Assembly: GCA_048013815.1 (NCBI GenBank)
Contig: CM106585.1
Span: 11,222,001 to 11,286,000, forward strand
Length of the DNA stretch: 64,000 nt
Direction: 5' to 3'
DNA from: Setoptus koraiensis
Taxonomy: Eukaryota > Animalia > Arthropoda
In this document: piece by piece, positions 20,761 to 32,733 of the stretch
How positions within the stretch are numbered: position 1 is the stretch's first letter
How the letters are laid out: every line of letters begins with the position of its first letter
Notes under the pieces: model-generated
Told to the model about the DNA's origin: nothing
The model's input: only the letters and a program-made list of their open reading frames with translations
Database searches by the model: none
Program-made: the position numbers and the translations under genes

Positions 20761-21180
20761 ATGAGAATGACTGGTTCTAATCCTGCCCTCTGCTCATCAT
20801 CATCAGCAGTCAAACAAACAAATAAACAACGACGTTGAAAAATCAATCACGACTTGTTCTGTCGGCTGTTTTGCTCTCTATCGCTTATACTTATTTACCT
20901 ATTACATTTCAGTGGCAATTGTTGTACATTGTATATACAAGATGAGCGTATTTTCTGATTAGTACGAAATTTCTCTTCTGACAATGTGAGCTGAAGAATG
21001 ACAAAAAAGAAAATTATCCTATTATCCTCTGATCATCAGAGAGTCTGATCATGAGAGTCAAGAGATGTGTTGTCAGCAAAAAGAAGCTATTATTGCGGGT
21101 GTTGAACCCGGTGTCACGTGGATGGCGCTCGCGGCCCGGGTTTGGGCGTGACGTGCGGGGGTATTTGTATGAGAATTAGA

Positions 21181-21480
21181 AAAAAGTTTAGGGTCTAAGC
21201 GACGAGCGAGGCTATACACTTGCAGTCATTCACAAGCGCTATCCCACTACCGGTCAACGCGGGAGCTTTTGCCTGCTATGTTTCCATCCTGAGCCATACA
21301 CTCCTCACTATACAACCTGTTTAGCCATTGACTTCTCAAAGCTAAGCATATTGAACATCGATCTTAGTGCGGACGCTCGATCGACATGAGCACAAGCGTA
21401 CAGGACTCCCCGTCACCGCCCATTCCCTAATTCTAGCAACGCGAGTAGCTGCGCTTACAGAGATGCGCCACATCCCCTGC
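21181..21480 (-). ncRNA. Signal recognition particle RNA (7SL)
   Basis: The minus strand follows metazoan 7SL block by block: Alu domain GTGGCGCA...CTGTA...CAGCTACTC; GATCGAGCGTCCGCACTAAGATCG...TCAATATG; helix 8 GCTCAGGATGGAAACATAGCAGG; GTAGTGGGATAGCGCTTGTGAAT; AGACCC. About 300 nt, ending in a T6 Pol III terminator (A-run 21180-21185), with a TATA-like CATAAATAC at -26 to -34. Confidence 0.95.
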
Positions 21481-21894
21481 CTGAAGTTTGGTTGGAGTTT
21501 CGGTTGTATTTATGCTTGCTGCCCGCACGCTTGCGTTCACACTCACTGTACTATTGAGTCAATAGCACTATTCACATTCAATGGTGCAATCTCTGTGCGC
21601 GCTGCACAGCGGCAGCGCTGGGCACATTTGCAAACTGTGCGCACACGTGATAATTTTGCTTGGCCTGTGTGGTGCGACAACGAGGTGAACTCTAGGATAA
21701 ACCGTTTACTGGACGCCGTTCTCTGGATATCTTTGCTAAACTCTAACCGGATTCTAAAATCAATTTCAAACAAACCGACAGCCTATTTACATACGCAAAC
21801 GCGGCGATAATTAGCGGATAATTCACCGGACAGATCCAAGGGCCAGGCCTCAACAACAGTACGCGCTGCACATGCTGGCAACCAGAGTGTAGCC

Positions 21895-22626
21895 ATGCAA
21901 CGGTCGCTCACGTTGGCCTGTCGGAGGCCAGCGTTATTTTGGAATGTTATTAGTAGCAGGCGGACGGTGGCAAGCAGCAGCAACAGCAACACAATCACTG
22001 CCGCCTCGTCCACATCAGGCGACAGTCCCGTGGGAAAGTTGTCGCCTCAATCGCTTGCGTCACAAACACAACAACGCATGCAGGCCGTGGAAAGGATGAT
22101 GCTGGACAGAAAACGGGGCCGAGCATCGCCCGAGCAACTGGATCACGTTCAAAAACGCGTTGAATTGTACTCAAAGTGGTTCTTTCACAAACAACACGAT
22201 TACTCCATCTATTCTAAGGACTTATTGTTCATTGACAATACACGCAACTTTCGTATTGAGGGCATCACTGGCTACGTTATACAGGTTAATTTATTCAAGA
22301 TGTCAACAATGTTGAAATATTCCCAATACAATTTGCAAATATTAAACATAGTGCCTAATTTAAACGAATCGTCGCTTAGGATCAGGTGGCGCGTCAATGG
22401 GACGGCGGGACTGTTGCGGCTAGCGCTACTATTTTGGCGTTTAGACAGGGGACTGGAGCTCACAGATTATATATCGACCCTTTATGTGGACAGGCACGGC
22501 AAAATTGATTGCCACATACGTGATAATATTGAAACCGAAACAAACACTACCGATGAGCCCACTCAAACAACAGGCGGCGTTAAAATGCCATTCTTAGATG
22601 GAATTAATAAAAATACAACATGGTAA
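21895..22626 (+). CDS. C6orf136/DUF2358-family protein, probable mitochondrial presequence, 243 aa
   Basis: FFHKQHDYSIYS...F...RIEG...Y...LRIRWRVNG...STLYVDRHGKIDCH resembles C6orf136 homologs. The N-terminus is R/S/A-rich with no acidic residues. Confidence 0.8.
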   Translation: MQRSLTLACRRPALFWNVISSRRTVASSSNSNTITAASSTSGDSPVGKLSPQSLASQTQQRMQAVERMMLDRKRGRASPEQLDHVQKRVELYSKWFFHKQHDYSIYSKDLLFIDNTRNFRIEGITGYVIQVNLFKMSTMLKYSQYNLQILNIVPNLNESSLRIRWRVNGTAGLLRLALLFWRLDRGLELTDYISTLYVDRHGKIDCHIRDNIETETNTTDEPTQTTGGVKMPFLDGINKNTTW

Positions 22627-23141
22627 CAATGCAAACAACATAGTCATTACACAATGCCTCAAGTAAACAAGTAATTTTATTAACAATATTAACCCCAAAC
22701 AAACTGTATCATAAGCATAAGTGGTGCACGTACTTAGCTCAACACCATTGGCCGCTTGGGGGCCATCCTTGTCATTGGGAACATGGTGGCCGCACCGTGA
22801 TCGTTATGTGAGTGTGTGCTTGGCTGGCATTGAACCCAAATCCTGTTTACCCCGTAGCGTCGCGCAGCTATTCTCATGTAAAGGTGCAATATGCTGTCGA
22901 GGCTACAATTTTTGCAAGCCCCTTATAACGGGGTCCTCACTTAATCAAGCGCCCACCATCACTACAACTATAGCAGCAGCAACAACAACAACAACAACAA
23001 CCACAGCAGCAACATCATTATCATCAAACAATGGCCTCGCTACTACTGCTACCGCTACTGTCGTTATTACTATTACTATTATTACTATTATTATTATTGC
23101 TATTATTATAATCAAAATATTGTTGTTAGAGCAAGCCAAAA

Positions 23142-24616
23142 TTAGTGGACATTGTCGTTGTCGTCGTCTTCTTCATCCTCCTCTCGTTCTTCCTCTTCTT
23201 CGTCGCTAGTTCTGTAATCGGTGCATTCTTGCGAACAAAGATATTGCAACAGAGGCAGCCTGTAGGATCCACAAAAGTCAACAAATTTCACATGCTCAAC
23301 CTTGGACTCGAAGTAGACCCCTGTGAACGAACGAAGAAAACATTATATATTAGAACAATCATACATAGGCGTTAGACTTGTTATTAATGGAAATTATTAA
23401 AGAAGAATAAAAATAGAGCAAACTAGCCAACACTCTCACTGAATATGAGCAACGGATGTGCTGTATTGTTAGCTGGCATTACTGGTTGCTTACCTTTGCA
23501 TTTAGGATTGACACAACGGCATGCACTATTGAGATACTCCAGCAGCACAACCGGCAAATCCGAACTGGCCCCAATCTGTGAGCCGTGGCCTGATACGTGC
23601 TGTTGACTACTGCTGCAACCACTCAGGCCTGGTTCTTGATTGCTGTGGCAGGGTATCGGTTGCTGTTGTTGTTTCTTGTTTTTATCCTGTGCAAAATTTA
23701 AGTAATGAATATTGTTGGTTTTGATGGCCCTAGCGCTTAGCTCCAACAATGGAAGCACCCGTGTCTTGGCTATGTCTTGCACAAATCTCACCACCAGCGG
23801 ATTGTTTCTCAGACTCAATTCAATCAGCCTGTTTAATTTAATTATGTCTTGAGGTAGAGTTGTTAGATTGTTGTTGTGTAAAGAAAGCGATCTTAGATTT
23901 CTCAATTTTGATATCGAGACAGGTAAATATTCTAGTTGATTGTCGCATACAGCCAGCGCTTCCAGTTTAGACAATTGACCAATGTTATTTGTTAGGCATC
24001 TTAGTTTGTTTCCGCCCAAATAGAGCACCCTCAAGCGGCTCAGGCAGCTTATTTCTGCTGGCACACACTCTAATAGATTGCTACCTAAATGCAAAGATTC
24101 CAATTGTTTTAACTTGTATATCTGGCACGGTATCATGCCCAGTCTATTGCCGCTCAGAATTAATATTTTTAATCTATCACAAAATGCCTTGTCGAAGCCG
24201 GGCGGAAATGATTTGTGTGTCAGTTGATTGCTTGATAGATTTAATTCAACTAGAGAGGTTAATTTCACTATGGCACAATCGATCATTGTTATGGAGTTGT
24301 CGCTTAGGTTCAATGATGTCAAATGACTGCCAAACGAATCCGTAATGATTGTTGGTAATCGTGAACCAATACAGTTACGACTTATATTGAGTTTGCTAAT
24401 TTTGAAAGAACTATAATAATCTAATAGCTGATTATTTTTCGTAGTCGTTGTTGTCGCAAAAGATTCATATTCTCCTTGGTCATGATTAATATTATCGTCA
24501 TCTGTTATATTGTTGCAAGCAATCTTAATTCTTTCGTTGAGCTGTGTCGCACTGAGGCCAAGATTCGATAGACTCAATTCGGTGCCCGTCAATGTTTTTC
24601 CACCTGTGACAACCAT
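23142..24616 (-). CDS. LRRC58: Leucine-rich repeat protein 58, ~433 aa; exons 24616..23494 and 23320..23142
   Basis: Tandem LRRs, NPLVVRFV...PLLELSARAIK, CRCVNPKCKG. A 173-bp GT-AG intron joins to GVYFESKVEHVKFVDFCGSYRLPLLQYLCS, the conserved LRRC58 C-terminal block, followed by an acidic tail. Confidence 0.92.
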
Positions 24617-27600
24617 TTTCTTTTTTAATTAACCAAAATCAAATTAGCATAGCAATGGACGCTGATCGATTTGCTGTTCTCCCTTTTTCCTTCTTTGTTC
24701 TTCGGCGTTGTTGGTGGTTTTGTGACTGGTTCTAAACAAACAATAAACGATAAATGCTGATCGCAGTGAATAATGTATCACATTATCTTTCGTCTAGCAC
24801 GTGCTATGATTGACTTTAATGTTTTAATATGACAGCCTGTGGCATTGACATCAACTTTGAATCGATCGCTTTTGTTAGATCGAATGATTTCAGATTGTCT
24901 TAAACAGATGCCTCGATGATCTGTTTCTCTCACCCTAATCTAAAAACTTCGTGTGCCACACCAACCCTGTGGCACACAGCTATACAGTTAGATAATCTAA
25001 ACTAATCTAGTTGATTATCTCTTAATTATGACTGTATCCACCTTAAAGAAGAGACACACACATGCACACAAAGAAATGTATCATGCTGAAAATGTTGGCC
25101 AATCCATGAATATCTTCATATCTAAATAGATATAGTTTTGTTTTAATGCATTGCGGTATAGATTGCTGCTGCTGCTGTTGGCCAAATAAATCACCACGGA
25201 GAGATAGCTGTGTCATGTGCCCAATAACTGATTGCAATCTTACGTACTTACATTGTCAGCTAAATTATCTGCCTTGATGATCTTTATGCGTGATAAACAA
25301 TAGATAATGCAAGCGAAATGGGTGTTTCACAGAGGTTTCGCTGCTGTTCGCCGTCTTATGCATACATACCGGGGTGAATAGGAAAATGTGGAAGATCAAT
25401 CAATTTATTAAATGTTGAGCGTAAGGTCGATGCTAACCCAATGGTCGAGGGAGAGAGCGAGAGACAATTGTGGCAACATTAGTCATAGAGGCAGAGCGAT
25501 TGCCACTAGCTGTATGCTAGTGTGACATATGAAAACATATGCTGAGTTTGCCGTGATATATGGTATTCTGACAACTTGTGAGAGCTGACAATCATAGAGG
25601 CAAGAGTGCATCCATTTGTTTGCGTATAGAAATCCCATGTAAGATTGTCAGATGAATTATTGAGTGTTTATTGATTGGCAACACTGATAGCCATGAAGCA
25701 GTAAGGCACCAATTATAATGCCTCAAGTGATTTTGATTCAGCGACGAGCAGGGCCCCCGTTCTCTGTCGGCATCGGCCGCTGGCCTAGATCAGTTATTAG
25801 AGGCTAATGGATCTGTAACGGATTGGCGGAGAGGTCGCTGTAAAATTAGTGTAATAGTATTAGGCGATGATATGGCTAATGTCATTGAAACTGCACACAC
25901 AATTATCTTGTAACATGGGACATCAGGTTCACAAGTAACGTCGTCAGTAAACGTCTCATCTGATGCGCCAGCGGACATGAGCAGTATTGTAGTTGGTGCT
26001 GCTGCTGCTGCTGCAAGAGCAAAAACAAGAGATTAGTTTCGCCATGCCAAATGTAGATCATCAGTGGTTATGTAACATATAATGTATACACAATGTGTGT
26101 ATATGTAGGCAACAGATAGGAAACAATTGGCGGCAGCGGCAAATTGATGTTGCACAAACAATTAAATGCTAAAAGTTTTGGCCGGCCAGATGAGCCGGCA
26201 GCAAGCGGTAAACTGTTGTTTGTATGATCGTAATGTATGTATACGGTGCTGCATTCACTGCCGATGTCACTACAACGGCAACTTCATTTTAAATGAAGTT
26301 GCTGAGACAGCAACTTTGTTTGTGACAACAACTTGGTTCGGGACTCCGACGGCGGCGCATCGAGCCGGCGAGCTTGACATTGGGCAGCACTAATCAATCT
26401 GCAGCGTCCTTTTGCGCCATATAAACAATTTTGCTTCGTTGCAGTTAGGTCGTTTGAGCATTTGCAAAGTTTTTCCAATTGCAAACTTGCTGTGTCTTGT
26501 AATTTCGCTGGCAGTTTATTCTCTGTCTGTGTACGGCAGTGTCCGTTTGTCGGATATGCAGCCAAGTTGCTGTTTGCTGCAGCGGCAGCCGTATAGCAAA
26601 TGTAGAGAATCACGATTAATTTTTTCATTCTGAGCAGCTTGGTCATTCACTTGAGTGTGTGTGTGTTGTGTCGGGCATGACTGGCCGGAGAAGCGATTGT
26701 GGCGGTTGTTTGTTGGTCGTTGCGATGCAACAGCAACAGCGAGCGGCCAAGTGGAAGCTCCAGTGGAAGGTGATGATAAGTTTGCTCCGATTATCTTTGG
26801 CTGCACTTTGCTTGAGATGCATGAAACAACAACTGCAATTGTTGTCGTCATTATGGCCACTGTTGCGTCTGACGGCCTGATGCATGGTCCAGCACTCGCC
26901 AACTTGCACCGGACTGCTCCATCGGACCGCTCCATTGGACTGCTGCTGCAGTCCAATGGATCAGGCATCGGAGTGCTCAGGCTACCTGGCGGCGATGATA
27001 CGACCAACGGGGATGAGACAACGGCGACAGGGCAACGGCGACATGACAGCAGCGACAGCCACATGACAACGGCAACATGACAACAACAGCAGCAGCAGCG
27101 TCTTGCTGATTCCGGCAAGAGCCCAACAACGACGAACAAAAGAACATGAGCAACAGCAACAGCGGCAACAACAACAACAGCAACAGTCTTGTCGCTCAAC
27201 AGACACAAACGATGATGCTGCAACGAATGGTCGCTGTAACGGGGGGCAAAAGAGGCGAGCAAAGTTAACTGTCACTGACCGGATTCAATTGTTCGTGTTC
27301 AAGTTCATACACATTTAGTGTGACGGGATGCTCATGTTGCCGCTTGCCATTTATTTTGTCGAGCCGTCTGAAGCCATCTGAAGCCATCTCAGCTGGCCAG
27401 ATGCGAGCCAACGCAAGGCCAAAAGACAGATCGCCAAGCCATTCTCAGCGGCGTCGTGTCGTGGACTGGACACTAAACACAAACACATCATCGATTACAT
27501 CATAGCGGCTATTACATCATTGCATAGCAGATTAGCCAGCATAGCGGCGCCTATCACATCGTAGCGACCGAAACGAAACGTTGCCAGCCGAGCCCGCAGC

Positions 27601-30351
27601 CAACAAGCGGCCGAGACAACAAGCCAGCGAGCGAGCGAGCGACCAAGCAGTTTGTTGATTGCGCCAACACTGTGCATTGCTACCAACTGACCAACCTGCC
27701 CGCTAACCCGCCCGTACTGACACCCGTAGCTCACCTGTAACTCATCGGTGGCCGAGCGACAAGGCGACCCCGACCAGAACACATACGCTGCACCGCTGAC
27801 ATTGTGCGCTCATATTCAAATTTAATACAATTACTATTATTATTATTATTATTATTGCATACACACACACCAATACAACAATATCAAGACATCATTTGGC
27901 GTTACGTAATCCGCATAATGATCAGCTGAGGCCGGCCGGCGCAACAACAGCACAGCAACAGCGCAGCAACAGCAACCCGCAAGCTGTTTAAATGGTGAAT
28001 CATTAGTGTTGGTCAGTCTTACAGAGTGCATTCAACTCGTCCATTGATGCTCATATTGCACTTACTCACACCGCCACAAGATATTGCACTTTGCAAGCAA
28101 GCAAACGCCAAACGCCAAACGCCAAACGCCAAACGCCAAGCCCGAGTCCCAGTTCCAGTGCGAGCAAGATCGTGCCCGCCAAGTGAATTTTGCTTCAACA
28201 TGAGAATATGACATGAATATGACGATACATCTCTACAATGCGCATTGTGTTTATCTCTGTTGTGTGGCGCTGTTGTGTTAGCATGTGGCAGCAATAGCCA
28301 GTTTAAAAATACCACCAGCCAACCATTATTATGATCATCACTATAATCATCGCTGCAACCCAAGCCACCGTGCTCACCGTGCAAATCATGGCATCTGCAT
28401 AACCAGCTCTATATCGTCGCTTGGCATCTCACCTGTCGCTGGGCATTGCGCAATTGGCATCCATAAACAAGTGTCACATTTGAATCAACTCTGAGCTTCG
28501 CCGTTTCATTGGCACGCGCTCCACCAATGACAGTCACACACGAAACACGTAACAAGCGACACGTAACAAGCGACACGTAACAAGCGACAAAAACTTGTAA
28601 TTGACAATTCAAACAGTGAGCAAAAATCGTCGCCAACAGTTATTATTTATCGCGCGCTTAATTGGTGCGTAATTGCGACACGATTATAGCGAAACTTTGT
28701 AGCGTGCCAAGCCAGCGTCATCAAGGTAAGTGAGTGTTGTCAATTAAAGTTGTCAATTTAAGTGAGTGGCCAAATGAGCCGGCCAGTCAAGTGGCTAACA
28801 AGTGGCTGAGAGTTCGCTTTGCGCATGTTATGCCAGCAGTGACAGTTGTGACAAGTTGTGACAACAACAGCAAACAGCAGCCACTCGCTTCGCACATCAG
28901 ATACCAAGTAAAGATGCAAAGATGCATTTATTTTTACATTTTGCGCTTGTGTCGGCACAAACACGACAATGATGCAAACGAATGCACCAAAACTGCCTTC
29001 AATCGGGCTAGCTGTGCCTGTGTCGCTATTAGGCACACTATTAGGCCATTTAGCTCAAGTAAAAAGAGGACTCGCCATTAGAGTAGAGAGTATGAGAGCA
29101 CTAACTAAAGTATGCGCCAGATAAGAGTGCCGGCAACGGCGACACAATGACAATTGCAACGACAATTGCTCGCCCACTTACGCACTACAATGGCCGCCGT
29201 ATCGGCCGTATCAACTGTATCGGCTCCATCGGCTCCACAGGCTCCACAGGCTGCATTGGCTGCATTGGCTGCGCCGATATCGGGCCGATGTCTTGCCAGT
29301 TGATTTGTTTGCCAGTCGATTCGTTTGCCAGTGCGCTTGCCGTAGCGAGATTGAGACACGAGATTAGCTAGACACACACACGCAACAACCGTCATATTAC
29401 ATCATGTATGTTATGTGCAGGCTAATATACATATTTGTGCATGCTGATAATTAGCCCGGCAAGTGCACACAATGGACACACATTGGCGTATGTGTATTTA
29501 TATATGGGCACTAGATGTAGGGGCCACACATGCGAGACAAGATGCGAGTGGAACAGTTTTGTTTGTTGTTTGCGATTCGCCAGATGAAACAATTATCTTG
29601 TACGTTGTCATAGGCCAAGCGAAAGAGTGAGTGGTCTCTTTTTATTATCGCTATTATTGCTATCAGTATTATTGCTATCAGTATTATTATTATCAGTATT
29701 GTTATTGTTGTAACAAGCCGCTCTTTTTATCTCATTGTGCAAGTAAAATTGTTCGAGTTTGATATAAAGTATGATTGCGTGCAACAACAGCACCAGCAGC
29801 AACAACAGCAGCAGCATCAACCGTTATGCATAAAGTGCAGGTTGTGCTATGTTGAAATGTTATGCAATTGTTGCAATTGCAGTTGCACCAATTAGACAAT
29901 GACAAAGCTCTTGTTGCAATGTTTGCCAGCCACTTGCGCAACGACAAGTGCACACAGACCCAACAACCAGCCAATTAACTACATACTGTCTTATACAACA
30001 TATACAACATATATATAAACAGTATATATAAACTGTTACGTATATTCCAGGTACAACAGTATATAACAGTAACAGTTGTAAAACAGTTGTAACTAAATAT
30101 AAATCAGCGCTATCAGCTGACGATGTAGCGGCCAACAAGCTGATGCAACAAGTTGATGCAACACCAACCAACGACACAAAGCAAACAACAAGTGCCACCG
30201 TAAACCGTTAACGTCATGATACCTGTCGGCATTTTAGTTGATAGTGAGTGAGTCAGCTGACTGTCAAGTGCAGTTAGTTGAGGTTGATGTTGAGGTTGTG
30301 TGGGCTATGACACTTGCAACACGCTTACACTTGCCAGTTGAAGGCACAGCC

Positions 30352-30360
30352 AGCAGCAGC

Positions 30361-30395
<35 letters not shown>

Positions 30396-30428
30396 ACAAC
30401 AACAACAAACAACAACAACAAACAACAG
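30352..30428. repeat. (CAG)/(CAA) microsatellite; one of many CAA and AC tracts in 10-32 kb (e.g. (AC)n at ~10835-10862 and ~32121-32151)
   Basis: Read directly from the sequence. Confidence 0.95.
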
Positions 30429-32119
30429 ACCCAATCACCTGTTGCATCAATTGGGCTACTAAATTGAGCGCTAGCGAGCAGAGATTTTGCTGCTAAAAAA
30501 ATGATGATGCCACAAGACAAAGAGACGCACTCACATTATTTTAGTTGCATTATATCTCATTGCATCATGTGTTTGGTGCATATCGCTGACCTCTATTGGC
30601 CACTATCCACTGCAGGCCACTATTTGATACTATTTGAGATATGTTACGGTGCATGGCATGGTGTAGCTAATTCAAATTGCTGACCGATATACACGCATAT
30701 GAGGCATTTAGCTAGTGACAAACAAGTGTTTGTTGGCATGACGACCACCTCTCAGGGAGCTTTGGCGCACCTTTGGCAAGTCGCAAGCTGCCCAATACTG
30801 CTACCATGCTATACTACTACCATGTGTGCCGTTATATATAAATAAATAAATATATAACTGCATACGAGTATAAAAATAAAAATAATATGTCTCTTAGCTA
30901 GTTCGGTGGACGGTCGACAGTCGACAGTCGATAATGGCTGGCTGGCTGGTGGGCACGACATGAGCAAGGTGAACTTCAAACAATAACAGCAGCAATAATT
31001 GGCCACATATAACAATGTAAGGGCCGCATAGATGAGAGTGCAGCCAGCAGAAAGAAGAGAGTTATTACGTCAAGTTTATCAGCCCGTAGCAGCGCCAATA
31101 ATCAATCTATGTACGGTCGCCACTGGTTGCTGTCGTTGTTGTTGTTGTTGGCGCTTTTGCTTTGGTTGTCGGTGCTGGCTGCTGCTGCTGGTTGCCGTAT
31201 AACTATAACTGGCTGACACTCATAGCGGCCAGTTATAGTTATACAGCAGTCATAGTTACATAACAGTTATAGTTACGTAGCAGTAATAGTTACGTAACAG
31301 TTTTAGTTACATGACAGTCATGTTTGCACATGCACCATTGTGTGTCTAGATGGTTCTAGTCATCATCATCATTTTTACAGTTTTAGTTGGCACATTCACA
31401 GCGAGCGAGCCAGCAGCCACAGCGATAGGTGTGAGTGGTGCAACCGTGCACCGGCATTGTTGCGCAGCATTACATAACAGCAGTGTCTATATAGCCCCAC
31501 TATGGCAGCAGTGTTTATATAACAGCAGTGTCTATACAACAGCAGTGTCCATATAACAGCAGCGTCTATACAACAGCAGTGTATATATGACAGCTGTGGT
31601 GAGCAAAGGTAACTGTTATGCAACAAGTGCAACTGTGCAACTATAGCTGCAACAGTTTCAGTTACAACTGATAGCCAAGAGGCGGCATTAGGCAGTGGGT
31701 AGTGGGCAGTGGGCAGTGGGCATCAGGCCGACATTGACAGTGAACGTGATAGTTTGGCCAGCAGCCGACAGCAGCAACATAACGGTATCATGAGGGCGAT
31801 GACGAGCCACAATTGACAGATACAATTTACAGAGATACATCAGGCCAGCAAAGATCAAACAACAGCCAGTGTCAGTTATTTTTGGGTGTTAGAAAAGTTT
31901 GAACAAAAAAAGATCAATTCAATTTGAGCCAAATTATATGATGTGAGTTTCTCTCGACAGAGCAGCGCAACTAACCAAAGCTTTTATGAAAACTTTTTCC
32001 ATCAACAGCCACTCCACACACACACACCGACAGCGTCATACTCGTCGAGCCACACCGACAAATCATATTGGCACCGTCGACAGTTGCATCATCACACACA
32101 ACTATTCTCACTCGATATA

Positions 32120-32156
<37 letters not shown>

Positions 32157-32355
32157 AGATCACATCAAGCGAGTTATCACAAGTCGCATCATCCAAATCA
32201 CATTGTGTTGTGCTTCGTCACCTGTCCGCCAGTGGCCCGCACAGTGGTCAGCGATCAGTGTCACCCGAGCCGCACTTGTTACCTGTGTCAGGCTTGCATC
32301 GTACAGGCACTAATCGCCGCTCATCGATTGCTCAATTCTCATAACCTCGCCGCTT

Positions 32356-32456
32356 CGAAAATTGAAGAGCCGACACCGAAAATTGAAGAGTCGACACCGA
32401 AAATTGAAGAGTCGACACCGAAATTGGAAGAGTCAAGTTGAAAATTGCAAGAGTCC
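32356..32456. repeat. 21-bp tandem repeat (3 near-perfect + 2 degenerate copies) about 280 bp upstream of the giant ORF
   Basis: The unit CGAAAATTGAAGAGTCGACAC starts at 32356, 32377, 32398 and 32419. Confidence 0.95.
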
Positions 32457-32733
32457 AGTGGGCGAGTTCATTGGTCAGCGCCTTTCAGCAAATTGCGAGC
32501 AGCGCGTCACTTTCGTTGACCGGCCAACAAGCGCCGAGAGTCGCCATCATCATCGTTTGCGACGCCGAGACATTTATCACTGACATATCGACGAGTCAGT
32601 CTCGCATCGACGACACACTCAAACAACCGGCCAAGCATCCTTCGAAACAGGCTCCGTTTTATCCGTTTGACAAGCACAACACACAAAACAGCACAACATC
32701 CCGACAGCAGAAAACACCAACAGCGAACCGGCC

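Noticed and set aside
21105-21152. HDV-like ribozyme interpretation of the pseudoknot next to 7SL
   Set aside because: There is no P1.1, P4 or J4/2 catalytic C in the required order on either strand.
25000-32700. Numerous 60-250-aa ORFs rich in C/V/A/L or Q/T/N runs
   Set aside because: They are translations of CAA/CAG/TGT microsatellites with no domain signal.
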